A DNA stretch of 63,922 nucleotides, filler included, from Olpidium bornovanus S191 (lineage: Eukaryota; Fungi; Olpidiomycota), in assembly GCA_017911155.1 (NCBI GenBank). It is 27 parts of 27 records of this genome, joined end to end, with 100 filler letters (N's around TTAATTAATTAA, not from the genome) between each part and the next. Parts side by side here need not be neighbours in the genome. Positions count along the whole stretch, not along the records: positions 50,069 to 51,140 come from JAEFCI010006753.1; positions 51,241 to 55,005 come from JAEFCI010000715.1; positions 55,106 to 57,092 come from JAEFCI010001403.1; positions 57,193 to 59,867 come from JAEFCI010008861.1; positions 59,968 to 62,735 come from JAEFCI010005376.1; 22 more parts are not named here. The stretch is one strand, 5' to 3'. The position numbers and the translations under genes were made by a program. Numbering within the stretch: the stretch's first letter is position 1; each line of letters opens with the position of its first letter. Below, one piece after another: positions 50,420-62,724 of the stretch. Below the pieces are notes generated by a model that made no database searches, was not told the origin of the DNA, and saw nothing but the letters and a program-made list of their open reading frames with translations.

Positions 50420-51140
50420 ATGGCACTCCGCGCCAAGAACATCGTCCCGCTGCTTGACAGGGTCCTCGTCCAGCGGGTAAAGCCGCAGGAGGTGCGTCTC
50501 ACCGCCCACCGTCCCACTCCCCCCCCCTCCGCCCTCCGGTCGCGTGCGCTCCCAGGACCCCCTCGGGCGCACTGCCGCGCCACGGATTGTTTCCCTTTTT
50601 ATGCCGCGAAACTCGAGGGCGGTTCGTTCATGCTTCGATTCTCCTTTTGAAACCCCGATCTGCTATAGAAAACCGCTTCCGGGGTCTTCATCCCGGAGAA
50701 GTCCCAGGAGTCTCTGAACCAAGGTGTTGTGGTCGCGGTCGGCAGCGGCGCACCGAACAAGGTGGGAGACAAGGACGTTACGTCTGGCAAGCCCGGCGCG
50801 CTATCGTACCCCCGTCCCCATCTCTCCACTTCCAGGCGCTTTCCTGGCCTTCGCCGTTGTCATGCCGCCTGAAACTGACTTCGCGTTCAAACGGCTCCAT
50901 CCGCCACGCACCCGCGGAACAGGATGGTGTCGTCACCCCTGTTTCGGTGAAGGAGGGCGACAGGGTCCTGCTCCCTCCGTATGGTGGAAGCACCGTTAAG
51001 CTTGGAGACGAGGTATGTACATGGCCAATTGAGCACGTGTTTTATCCTGTGCAAATCGCGGGGCCTTTGGGCTCCCCTCTGACGACGCCAAATATTGTCG
51101 CCTGCGTCGTGTCGTTCTCTAGGAATTAATCATCTTCCGA
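50420..51140 (+). CDS. HSP10: Mitochondrial 10-kDa chaperonin HSP10, 4 exons, 3' partial
   Basis: MALRAKNIVPLLDRVLVQRVKPQE (50420-50491) | KTASGVFIPEKSQESLNQGVVVAVGSGAPNK (50669-50761) | DGVVTPVSVKEGDRVLLPPYGGSTVKLGDE (50923-51012) | ELIIFR (51123-51140). Confidence 0.95.
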
Positions 51141-51353
51141 NNNNNNNNNNNNNNNNNNNNNNNNNNNNNNNNNNNNNNNNNNNNTTAATTAATTAANNNN
51201 NNNNNNNNNNNNNNNNNNNNNNNNNNNNNNNNNNNNNNNNCCTCGCCGGGCTCGAAACCCTGGAAAAGGTGGAGAGAGGCGCACTTCGGGAAAAAAAAAA
51301 AAAATATGGCGGGGGGGGGGGGGGGGGGGGAGAAAAGGGGGGGGGGGGGGGGG

Positions 51354-51387
<34 letters not shown>

Positions 51388-51392
51388 CGCAC

Positions 51393-51917
51393 CTGACTTT
51401 GCTGCTGCCGATGTCTGCTTCGGACTGCTTCCGGATTCGAGCCAGCTTGTCGAGGTCCTGCCGCGGATGCGACAGAATGAGGGTTCGGTTGGCGGGCCAG
51501 GGAACACGGTGGGGGGGGGGGAAAGGCGACAAAAAAAAAACCGGTCACGCGGTTTCAGCTGCCGAAGTTGGCGATCGTGGAGAGGGGAAACCGGGCTACA
51601 GTACCTTGTGCGCGGCAGACAGCTTCGCCTCGAGCTCTCCGTTCTTTTTTGTCAACTCCTCGATTTGGCGCACAGCCGCGTCTTGCTCCTTCTGGAGAGC
51701 GTTCGAAGACTTCGACAGCCGCGCCAGCTCGTCGTTGGCCGCTTTCGCTTGCTCCGCGGCCTTCAACGCCGCGATATCCTTTGTTGGTCCCCGAAAAAAA
51801 CAAAAAAGCGTTCGTTCCGCGAAAATAAGAAAGACGGCGTGGGATTAGGCGCCGACAGAGTTTCCGACGAACAGGCGGCGTCAATCAGCGCGCCCCCGGC
51901 GGTACCGGCCGTTGGTT

Positions 51918-51958
<41 letters not shown>

Positions 51959-53162
51959 GCGTCGCCAATTTGATGTGCGCTCCTTTGCACACGGGCGCGG
52001 GCCGTCAAAAAAAAAAAATCACGTCTGCCGGCGGACGTTCCCACCTTTTCCTTGAGCTCCGTCATCGTCTTGTCGAGCTCCTCGGTGAGCGCCAGGGTCT
52101 TCGCCCTGAGAAACCTCTCCGTGGCCTCCGAGCCCATGCCCTCGGTCATCCCGGGGACCGCCGGCGGGCCCGCGAGCGCGACTTTCACCGCCAGGCTCTC
52201 GGTGATCTCCTCGGCCGCCCGCGCCGGCGACTGCTCGCGGCCGCCTCCCGCCGAGGCGCGGTCCGATCCGGCGAACGCGGATCGGGGACGCGCGCGCTGC
52301 GGATACGCGCTCGCCGCGCCCCCCGAGGGCGGCCGAGAACGCGCCGAGCGCGGCGGGCCGGAGACGTCCGCCGAGGTGTGCGACCTGGGGGAGGCGACGG
52401 TTGGAAGGAAGAGGAGGAGGAGGGGGAAGGTGGGAACAGCGTGAGAAGCCCCTTGTCGAGCGTTACGGCGAACGCCTTCCTGTTTGGGGGTTTTCTTTTT
52501 TGCTTGGACGGAAACTTCCACAGCAAAAACTTTTGCAGTACCTTTCCGTACACACCTCGGGCCATCCGCGGCAGACGAAGTCGGCTTTTTGCGGATATCT
52601 GTGCTCAAAATGGACAGGCTCTCATTCTTACAGAGCCGGGGCGGGGAGGGGAAGCAGGAGGGGGTGGGCGCGGTAGGAAAGAAGCGAGGGGCGGCAGACG
52701 AGAAGTTTCGCGGGGAGAGGGGGGGGGAAACGGGTTACCGACGACGACGGCGCTGACGTGTATTCTTTGCAGGCGCACTATCGCTTCGCGGTCCCGAAGA
52801 AACAGAACGGTACCACAACTTTCTCGGCTTCCTGGATGACGTGTGCGGCCTTTGACTTGATCTGCTTATTGAGCTCTCTGAGGGGGAATGCGGTGATCGA
52901 AAAGGTGTTTTTTTATTATTTTTCCCGAACGCGTCAGAAAACGAGGCTTTTTCGCCCGGGAAAAGCCGGCGTTTGCGAAAGGGAGATGGGGCGGGGAGAA
53001 ACCTCGGGCACCGCGCGCGCACCGGAATTTTTTCTCACGCTCCAGCAGGTCGCTGCTTACGCCGATGTCAGCCGCGCGGGCGCGCGCGGCCTCGTCGTCG
53101 TCGCCGTTGCAGGCGCCGCCTCGTGCCGAACCGCGCGCGGCGGCGCGTTCGGCCGAGTCCAT
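51393..53162 (-). CDS. TEX9: TEX9 (testis-expressed 9) centriole/cilium-associated coiled-coil protein, 3' partial
   Basis: DLLEREKKFR|ELNKQIKSKAAHVIQEAEKVV and GMGSEATERFLRAKTLALTEELD...DLDKLARIRKQSEADIGSSKVR match the TEX9 pattern (DLL..EEEYKRLN.ELQ.K.A.VVQ; G.EAQIRFLKAKL..MQEELD). Confidence 0.75.
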
Positions 53163-54614
53163 TTTAGTCTCTCTTTTTTTTTTCCCCTCTTTTTGTTTTC
53201 ACTTTGTCTTTCTTTGCTTTTTTGCCCGGGGAGGTGCGGGGGAAGCGCGGGGGGAGGAAAGGAAGGAGGGAGGAAGGGGGCGGAACTTCGCGTCGCGCGT
53301 TTTTTTTTTTTTTTTTCTCTTTTTTCCTTTTTCCCTTTTATCCTTTTTCCCTTTTTTTGACTTTATTCTGCGGTCGCGCGTCGCGACAACACACCCCCCC
53401 CCTCTTCCTCCCCCGAACCGCGCAGAACCAAAAAAGAAAAAAAGTATTTGGAAGTCGCGGCCGTCGTGCTCTACCCCGCCGCGGAGCTCGTACTCGTCAT
53501 CGGTCGAAATGTTGAAAGTTCCCTAAGTGACCAGACCCGTCCGGCCCGGTCAAACGCGTTCTTGTCTCGCGGTTGGCCCCTTTGCCCCGCCCCCGCCGCC
53601 CCCTCCCCGAAGCGCTGCCGTCACCACGCGTATGTGCCGCACACGCCGCGCCCCCCGAGAAGCCCCGCTAAAAGCAAAGTTGGGAGGCGTGTGCCCACGG
53701 ATGCGGCGCGGGAAACGCAGGGTTGCAGCAGGGGAGACTTGACGGAACTCTGTTTAACCTCTGAGCCGCAGCGTGCGTTCGACGTCTTGCCTCGCATGTT
53801 CCGCCATCCAACTGGGCTCGCAGCACGAGTACCCAATGATGGCCGCGACTCCTCTCCCTAACCGCGTCCGGTAAACAAAAACCGCGGTTTCCGCGCGGGA
53901 GGTGTCGCAGAAGGGAGCAGAAACCGAACTCGAACTCGTCGTCCACAGCGCGGTGGTCGCGCCGGAGCCTGTCTGGAGCGGCGGCGGAGCTTCCCCGCGG
54001 GCCGAGCAGTCGGCCGGCAGCGCGTTCGGCCGCTCGCTGGAGACGGAGCGAATGTCCCTGGGCCGCAGCGGGTTCTGCTTTTCGAGGTGTCACGCGGTGG
54101 ACGCTCCTTCTGCGTTCAGCGCGCAGGTCCTGCGCGGATCGCCCGTTCCCCTCCTCCGGCCCTCGCGCCTCGCATTCTCCGTCTCGCGGCGGCGGCCGCC
54201 CCGCCGCCCTTCCGTCTGCTCCGGTGTCCAGTAGCAAAAGACCGGTTGAAGTCCTCGACGAAGTTGTTCAGAACGCTGGCAGGGATGTCGTCCGGGCAGA
54301 AATCAACCCCGGCCCCTGGAGCCGTGCGCGAAGCCTTACGCATCAAGAGACCCACTCCCACCCCCCACCCAAAAAGAAAAACCTCCCGCCAGAAGATCCA
54401 AATTATTCGACTGACAATCGGTAAAATTGCGGCTGCGGCGCTACTTTTTTTTTTTTTTTTTTCTCCCCTTTCTCTCTCTCCCTCTGTATTTTCCCTTCTT
54501 TTCTTCGTTTTTATTTTTTTTTTTCTTTCCTCACAGCACGCGCGCGGTGACGACCAGGGAATCGGGGACGACGGGCCAGGCGCGACCGCGAACGGAGAGC
54601 GTGAGCGAGGTTCC

Positions 54615-54918
54615 TCACGGCCGCCAGGTTATGACCTCGACGGCCTTTTTCGCCGCCTCGCGCAGCTGCTCGAGCTGCTGCTGCTTCTGCTTGGTCAGCG
54701 CCGCGTCGCCGCCGCGGGGCCCGGGCGCCGCTTTCTCCTCCAGTTGCTTGATGCAGACCTGAAAGGCGAACCTTCCCCGGTAGTCCTCCGCGCAGTTGGT
54801 GATCGTCTTGATCGCGTTGATCTTGACAGTGTCCGACTTGTCGTCCAGGAGGGTGATGAGCGGCTTGTAAAGGGAGTCCCGGACCATGATTCTTTTCGCT
54901 TCGATGTTTACCGTGATG
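54615..54918 (-). CDS. RSPH14: Radial spoke head 14 (RSPH14/RTDR1), last exon
   Basis: ITVNIEAKR...LITLLDD...VKINAIKTITNCAEDYRGRFAFQ...AAKKAVEVITWRP* matches the RSPH14 C-terminal armadillo repeat (RLNATKALT.LAE.PEGR..LQ...AA..AISVIEFKP). Confidence 0.78.
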
Positions 54919-55677
54919 CTGGATGAAATACAAAGAACCAAAAAAGAATAGAAAGTCGGAATATGCGGGGGGATTTTGTTGTTGGATTTTCGCGCGCGCA
55001 ATCCCNNNNNNNNNNNNNNNNNNNNNNNNNNNNNNNNNNNNNNNNNNNNTTAATTAATTAANNNNNNNNNNNNNNNNNNNNNNNNNNNNNNNNNNNNNNN
55101 NNNNNCACTGGGGCCAATTGAAGACCATAAAACTGTTAGCCTCAGTGGAAGAGTCAAACGGTTCGAGCGGCGCAGCGGGATTCGACCCGCCAACATCCAG
55201 GATGATAATAGGAAAGAACGAACATGTACAGCGTTCATTTGTTGGCTGGCATTCCCGGCACGCCAGCCGCTCCGAATTGCCATTCAGCAACTTGCCGCAG
55301 CAAGCTACTGTGATGCATAGAGGGACGGAATATACGGGAAGGAACAGTGCGACGCGGGTCGTATTTTTTTTTTGTCCGATCAACCGCGCTGACGGCACTT
55401 GCCACAAAACGTGCAGAAAATTGTGCATGAAGCGGCCCCGGCGGTTTCGCAGAAGTCGGCCTCGCCGCGACGTGACATGCAAACCCGATTTCCGCGCGCG
55501 CGCAAAGTGTACGAGGTTTTGCCGGCCTCGCGTAGTGCCTGTTTGATGGCGGCGGCTTGCTTTTGTCAGGTGGCACTCGCTCCCGCCCGTGAACCGCCAG
55601 AAAACACTGCAACTGCGGCAAGAGCTCAGGCCAACACGAACCTTGACGTAAAGAACTTAACCACGAAAATACCGCGT

Positions 55678-56929
55678 TCAAAATTGGTGGAGCTTGTGGG
55701 CACCGTGGCCACTCCCCGTCGGCACTCGGTCAACGGTAACAGCCGTGGGCACGTACCAGTTCTGGACCAAGAACGTGAACGAGGGTATCGCCAAGACTAG
55801 GGCGAGGAACAGAAAGGAGAGGTACTGGATCCAGGCGTGTTTCATCTCCTCCAGGAATCCGGGCTTATAAGTAATTTGGATCGCAAACAGTTGTCAAAAA
55901 GTCAAGGGCGGCAGGTGCGCAAGGTAAACCGTGAACCGGAAAAAACTGGGACGAGCGCGACCAAAAAAAAAATTCCGCAGGATATTATATCCGGTCTTCG
56001 GAGTATCGAATCTTGCCGGTGATAACAAAAGGTTCATTTGGTCCCCTCCCGGACGTCCACATTGGGTAGAGAGCAATCAGGTCCGTCCTGACTTTGGTTC
56101 CAGTTACATTAGAAGTCAAGATGGCCAGCAAATGTAAAAACAAGCTAGCCTTGCCGACGTCCTGCGTGTGCGAAACACGTGTGTGCCAAAGGAATCTTCC
56201 TACCCTCACTCCATTACCATCGCGGTCCATGTACTCGGCCACCATCAGCTCAGCGGTCCATTCAACAGTGCCCGCGCGAGACACGTTGGCGACGGGTCCT
56301 TCCTCGTCGAGATACAGCCCCTTGTCACGGAAAATACTGCGCTGGAAAATGCGGAGGTCGCCTTGCACAGCGAGTTTCGAGGCAGGCAAGGAATGGGTGT
56401 AGTCAAGGAGGGCCATCGTCTCCATCGACAGTTGCACGGAATCCTTTTCTCACCGGCAGCAGCAAAGAAGCAACGGTCAGATTTGAGCAGGAATTCCCTT
56501 TCGAACCCAAGGAGCGCTGGTTACCTGCAGCGAGTATTGGAATATGAAGGCAACGCGGGCGTGCAACACGTTCTCGCCGGCGAAGGTGGGGACGGTGATC
56601 GCGAACGTCAGGTAGTCGTTTTTCCCGTCGCGGTTCTCGTCGACGTCGGCGGTCTGCGAATAAGCCCGGTGCGCTGGTTCCAGCTCTTAGATACGACGGT
56701 GCGCGCTGCAGAAGGGGGAGGGACACGCTCTAGATTCACACCTTGACGACTGGAGTGCGGACAATCTCGCGCACGATCTGGTTGTACGAAGGGTCCGTAG
56801 ACCACGCCGCGCGGAAAGGGATCGGGACGTCGGTCGACCGCGTCGACGTCCCTTCGAGGAGTAAGAACAGCGAATGCTTGAACGCGACTCGGGGCTGTTC
56901 TCTATAGGAGTTTTCCTTCTTCCAGAAGG
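55678..56929 (-). CDS. TMEM231: Ciliary transition-zone protein TMEM231, 5' partial, multi-exon
   Basis: FWKKENSYREQPRVAFKH...AWSTDPSYNQ | DENRDGKNDYL..FQYSL | ...QGDLRIFQ | ...PFVITGKIRYSEDRIY|YKPGFLEEMKHAWIQYLS follows TMEM231 (FWLK..SYEEQP.V.F, D.NQDGK, Y.PGFWE..KFAWVQY). Confidence 0.9.
55871..55985 (-). other. U12-type (minor spliceosome) AT-AC intron in TMEM231, 115 nt
   Basis: 5'ss ATATCCTG, branch site CCCTTGAC about 31 nt from the 3' end, 3'ss TTAC. Removal joins ATA TA|T TAT AAG CCC (IYYKP), restores the frame and removes a TAA. Confidence 0.85.
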
Positions 56930-58081
56930 CTGGTTGGTTGGTGGCGAGACCAAAGCGCCGGTCAGTTCCGGTTCTCCTGCTCGCGGTCGGGGGTCTGAAG
57001 GAGCCCGGGTGCAGGCCCCGGGAACCGGAAGGAGCGCAATGTCAACGCCAGGGAAGAAAGGAGTGGGAGGAGGGGGGGGGGGAGAGGGGGGGNNNNNNNN
57101 NNNNNNNNNNNNNNNNNNNNNNNNNNNNNNNNNNNNTTAATTAATTAANNNNNNNNNNNNNNNNNNNNNNNNNNNNNNNNNNNNNNNNNNNNCATGTTTC
57201 GAGGGATTTTCCCGGCGCACGTAGCTCATACGGGCCAGAGTTGGCTGGATTCGCAAAACAACAAAACTTTCATTTGCAAATCCACTCGTTTTATCCGAGC
57301 TTGGAGCGTATTCCAGGCTACACATCACACGGGTAGCCGGTAGATTTTTTGAGAATTTGTAAGTGCTGGTTTAACTTGGTATCGTGCGGCGCCGTGCGTC
57401 CCAACAGGACCATCCTGCACGGAGTGCAACAAGCGGCGCAGACTTTTCAAGTAATCCGCCGGCCATCCCCACCTCACCCACTCTTCTGCTTTTGGCAGCC
57501 GCCTCCGCCCGCCGACCTTCACTGCCGGATAAGGCGACAGCGAACTTAACCAGTCTTATCCTCATCAAAAGATAAAACGATGTTTCAAGAGGTTCCAATC
57601 TGATTTAAACAAGATATATACAAATTGTGCATTGTAAAGTTAAGTACAGGGGTGGAAGGGCAGTGAGTTGGCCAAACCGAACAAAAAAAGTGCGGGGGGA
57701 ACCTCGGATCTCTTCTCCGAGGAGCTTCGGCTGCGTTACGTACCCGGTTGCCCTGGATCAGAAGGTTCGTAGTTGCATGTGATTAATAGAAATAAATAAG
57801 TAAAATAAGGGGAGGGCCAAAAAGCCCCTGCATAAGTACATTTGATGCTGGATGGGGAGGGGAAAAGGGAGGCAGAGGGAGAACTTGTTGGGAAGGTGGA
57901 GGGGAGGGCAGAGAGAGGTAATGAGGGAGGGAGAGGAAGAAGGTAAAGGACGAGGGAGAGGTACGATGAAAGGGAAGAAAAGGAACGCGTAGGTGCGTGT
58001 TTTGAAAAACGCGTTATGGCGCCGCGTTGTGTGGGGGAGGATGGTCTGAGAGTGGCGGGGAGCAAACGCCTTTTATACCCG

Positions 58082-58160
<79 letters not shown>

Positions 58161-60127
58161 GGGACGGCGGAAGGCGCAGGGGCGATGACGCTTTGTTACG
58201 TCTCCATCACCTCGGAAACTTTCTCTTCCGGCGGCGCACCCCTGCTGCGGCGGGCGGACGGGGTGCAGCTGATGCGGGGGGGAAGGGAGAGGGGGGGGGG
58301 AAGAGAGGAGGGGCAGTGGTTGCCGCAGGGAAGGAAGGGGGGACCCGGAAGGATGGCAGCGGTTGGTGGCCGAAATAAACCTGGGGGCGAATGGTCGGGC
58401 GGAAGGGCGCGGATGACATCAGCAGCCTCGGTACATACCGCGGCCGACATTTTTGGAACTGGAACAATCGCGGCTGCTATTTTTGAAGCAAACGGGCAGT
58501 CGGACGAGACGGAGGGCGAAAAGTGAGTGTAGAGTTCCTAGAGGGCTGGCAGGCTTTCGGCGCGAAAATACGCTGCGCCCTCTCTTTGCTGTTTGCATCT
58601 AAGAGCTGCGTGCATACAAGGCCCCTTCCCTGCGCTACCTTTTGATTCTTATATTTTTAGCCGACGTCCTGAAGCGGCGGCGGGCCTCCTTGGGCCTCGC
58701 CGCTTTCTTCAACAAACCTATCCTTGTGCGTTGTGCTCCTTGTTTTGTTTGCCCTGTGCGCTGCGCGTCTCGGTTGTCGGGGCCTGCCTCTGCTCCGTGC
58801 GCAGATGCCTCGCGGCCTCTCTCATCTTTTCCTTTCGAGAACGCCACGCTGCCGGTCCGGCTTTGGTTTGCTCGCCGTTACTCTGCCGGTCTTCACTCGC
58901 TTTCCTTTGCTCGCCCCTTTTGTTCTCTCCGTTCGAGCCGACGTCGGGGCCCAGAGCCTCCGTTGCGTTCCGCCGGGAAAGGCGAAAGCTGCCGAAGGGA
59001 GCCGGCGGCGGACTCCGGAGGGCACGAGGCGGCTTTTCCACACAAACGCAGACGGGGCCCGAGCTGTCCGTGAGCGATCGTGACAGGCGTCTGATCGGGG
59101 TTTGTTTCTTCTTTTGTTTTTTTTTTCTTGTTTCTTTTTTGCGGTCGCCGGTGTACGTTTTTTTATATGAACGGAGGGCACTTTCTTTTTTTGAGAGGTG
59201 GGAGGAAGCCACTGGCGTACCTCAATTTTTTTTTTCGTCTTTTTTTTGTGGTTTCTCCCTGATCCCTGTTTCCAACGGAGCCCGAATCCCGCGCGCCCTC
59301 GCTTCTCCGCCCGACGGGACGAAATATCTGCGTCGCAGATCTCTCTCATCGCCCGGTCTGTAAAAGGGGTCCCCAAAAATCCTCGCGAGCCTCTCGTCCT
59401 CCGATTCCCCTTCGGTCTCCCGTTAGCGAAGTCGCCCGCTGCAACCGGGCCGTCGACGCCGACCTGTCCCCGATTCCCGGCCATCATGTCCTTTAAGCCT
59501 GCCTTCGACTTCAAGCGCACCGACCGTATCGTCGTCTCTGGATGGATCGACGGCGACGAGTCGAGCCCACCCCTCAAGAAAATCGACGTTCGCAAACTCA
59601 TAACGGAAACCGCCTGGCCGCTTTGCTTACGCAGAACCTCGGGCGAACAACAACTGCAACGGGGAAGGGGGCGGTGACAAGGGTGGGCGTGGGGGCCGGA
59701 GGCCACGAAGGAGCGACCGCAGCGGGAAAACAAACCCGGATCCTCCCGGACGCTGTACGGCGGCCCCAGCGACGAACAGACGGCCCCTGCGCCCGCCGAG
59801 ATCCGGAGGCGAGGGGCAGTTTCGCGGGCGGAGGACGGGAGAACGAGGCGTGCGGGAGCCCCATGAANNNNNNNNNNNNNNNNNNNNNNNNNNNNNNNNN
59901 NNNNNNNNNNNTTAATTAATTAANNNNNNNNNNNNNNNNNNNNNNNNNNNNNNNNNNNNNNNNNNNNCCCCCCCCCCCGGGGGCGGGGGGCCAAAACCCA
60001 AAACCCCCCCCCCCCCCCCCCCACCCACGACCGCCGCCCCAGGCCCCGCCTCGCCGAGATCCGATCCGGGGCCCCGTTTTCGGCTGGAAATACAAAAAAA
60101 AAGGAAAACAAACAAAAAAAAAGGAGG

Positions 60128-60487
60128 ATGCGCTGGAAAAACCCGACGCCGGCGCTGGCGGCGGCGGCGCTGATCCTGCTGGTGGCCCAACTCGCGGCCT
60201 GGGGCGGCACTCCGGCGGCCGGCCAGGCGGCTTCCAACTCGACGGCGGCGGCCGCCGCCAACAGGACGGCGAACGGGACCGCCCCCACGGCAAACGGGAC
60301 CGCCCCCACGGCGAACGGGACCGCTCAGGTCGTCGAGGGCCAGCCGTGGACGGGCCCGGACCCCCGGCTCGGGCCGCACTTCCCCGCGCCGTCGCCCACC
60401 AACCCCGGCGCCCGCAAGGTCCCCCTGGATCTCGGCAGGGTAGTCTGCGCCGTTCTCGGCGGGACGATATACGGCCTGATCGGATGA
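60128..60487 (+). CDS. Small putative membrane-anchored or secreted glycoprotein (119 aa)
   Basis: Signal-like N-terminus (PALAAAALILLVAQLAAW), five N-X-S/T sequons including a 21-bp repeat encoding ANGTAPT, hydrophobic C-terminus VVCAVLGGTIYGLIG, stop followed by an A-rich tract. Confidence 0.55.
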   Translation: MRWKNPTPALAAAALILLVAQLAAWGGTPAAGQAASNSTAAAAANRTANGTAPTANGTAPTANGTAQVVEGQPWTGPDPRLGPHFPAPSPTNPGARKVPLDLGRVVCAVLGGTIYGLIG

Positions 60488-61056
60488 AAAGAAAAGAAAA
60501 GAAAAAAAAAAAAAAAACGAGGGGAACGAGGGGAGGCGGAGGAGAATCAGATAGATATTTATTTCCTGGGCCACAGGAGCTGGACAAAGTAGAGTTTAGG
60601 CGAGCAATCACAAAAAAAATTACAAACAAGCAGAAGATTCGAAAAGAAGTCCTCGAATGAATTGGTTATTCGAGTGCGAAACCGGAGTTTCAAGCATTTT
60701 ATTTTGCGTGGTCGACGGCGCTTGACGGGGCGGCCAACGAGGCCACATCCAGATCTGCCAGGGGCTGGGGAAGGTTGTGCTTTTTATGAACCTGAAAAGG
60801 AAGGAACGTTGTTGCAAGGATGTCCGGGCCGCAAAGTGCAGGCATGTCGCAAACCCGTGGCGCCCTGATAGCTGATAGTGCCCGGCCGCATAAAACCGCA
60901 GCATAATTGACATATCCACACAAAAATTCGGAACATTTCGGAGTTTTTGTAAGATCGCCATTAAAGGGTAGAGCGTTGACTCTAATTTGGGCAGGGGTAT
61001 AATCAAGGCGCAACGGTAAACAAGGAATCAAGTCGCACGGATGTGCGTCGGCCTGC

Positions 61057-62519
61057 TTATTTCCTAACCTCTGCCTGAGCTTCTGGCGGGGTGGCGTACA
61101 GCGGCGCGTCGTTGGCGAGAAACATCGTCTTGCTGCCGACAGTGCCCACGCTCCCCGCAACCCCAAACGTCGTCCAGGTCTGGACATTTTCGCTTGGCTC
61201 GAGGGAGGCCCAGGAGATGCCTTTGCGGAATCGTAATACGGAAAAGAGTGCGCCGAACCGACGAAATAGAGGGCAGCCAAGCGTGCACGCGGCAGGCCAA
61301 GAAAAGAGGAAAAAAGCAAATGAGCAAGAGCGAAAGTTGAGAAGAGTTGCGCTGGTTGCCGCGACGCACCGTTGGCTTTCCGGAGCGTTATTTCGACCTT
61401 CGTCGTGAGGAACTCGTACTTGCTTTCTGCCGCGACGATCGGCTGCGAAAGCGGGACAACCTTGTGGTACGCCTTTCCTTCCGGTAACTTCAAATCAATG
61501 GTGATCTGCCGCGAGCGCGCGGGGAATTAGTGAAGAGCACAGGAGCAGTCAGGCCTGTGGCCGAACGGCACGCGAGAACAAAAGTTTGCATTTGGCAGTC
61601 CTCCCCCGCCGTTTTCTTTGAGAAAAAAAAAACCGCTTAACTCACCTCACCGTCGGCGAACGCGATCGTCGAGAGCTGCTTGTCCGCCTTCTTCCCGAAC
61701 ACCGACAGGATGACGCTGGTCGGCGTCTGGTACCAGTCGATCTTGAGCTCCACGTTCTCGCGGGCCTTGTCCTCTTCCCGCCCGCCGAGGAACCGGTGGT
61801 TGCCGGACGTCTTGCAGCCCGCGAGCTTCAGAAACTCGTCAAACTCGAGCACCTTCCGCGGGCAGCACGAGTAGCCCTTGCTCCCCTCGTGGAAAACGGG
61901 CGCCCCCGGATGGTAGGAGCACAGCGGCGGGCCGTCGGCGCTCGTCCGCCGGCTGGCGGCCTCGTCAACGTACGTCGCTCCGCAGCCGCGCCGAAGGCAC
62001 TTCGCGCCGGCCGGGACGGAGATCGAAAGGTCGTCCTCCGCCTCCGGCGGAGGCTCCCTCGGCAGCGCCGGCGGCGCGGGGGGACTGACTTGAGCAGGGA
62101 CTGGGAGGGGTGGGGGGAAAAGGAACAGAGAAGGACCAGAAAGAAAAATCCTCGCGCGTTAGGAGGAGCCCAAGACGGCGGTCCGCCCGGTTTTCGAAAA
62201 CCTTTTCCACGCACAGAACGACAAGGACGGAACTGTGGCCAAAAGGGGAGGAGGAGGCGGGCGAGGCGGGGGGCGGGGGGGGGGGGGGGGAAGGAAAAGG
62301 GGTCGCACCTTTCACCGGGATGTGGTGCGCCCCGCTCACCTGCCCCGGGGCGCCCTCGGCGGCCCCGGACGCGCCCCTGTTGTTCTGCTGCGCCCCCGGG
62401 GCGGTGACGACGGGCTTGGGAGCCTCGGTGGGTTCCGAGGTGTGGGCGCCCGAGCAGCAGCCGGGGATTTCCACGAACTCGTCGAAAGTGGTCACCCGCT
62501 TCTTGCAGCAGTTCCACCC
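61057..62519 (-). CDS. CHORDC1: CHORD-containing Hsp90 co-chaperone (CHORDC1/Chp1-like: CHORD-I, CHORD-II, CS), 5' partial
   Basis: GWNCCKKRVTTFDEFVEIPGCCSGAH | CLRRGCG...C.YHPGAPVFHEGSKGYSCC.RKVLEFDEFLKLAGC..G.H...KIDWYQTPTSV.LSVFGK | TKVEITLRKAN|GISWASLEP. Stop at 61057-61059. Confidence 0.92.
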
Positions 62520-62664
62520 CTGCGCCAGGACAAAAAAAAAATCAATGCAGGAGAAAAAAAAAAGGCGTGTAGGAACGCGGGAGTGACCGCGAAGGGGGGG
62601 GGGGAGCAGAAAAGAGGAGAGACAGAGGAGCGACGGGGAGGCTTCGGACCGGTCGGTTGGGAAA

Positions 62665-62724
<60 letters not shown>

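Noticed and set aside
57193-59867. Assignable genes on contig 25 (and contig 27, 62836-63922)
   Set aside because: Only short protein-like fragments without recognisable motifs; no supportable call.
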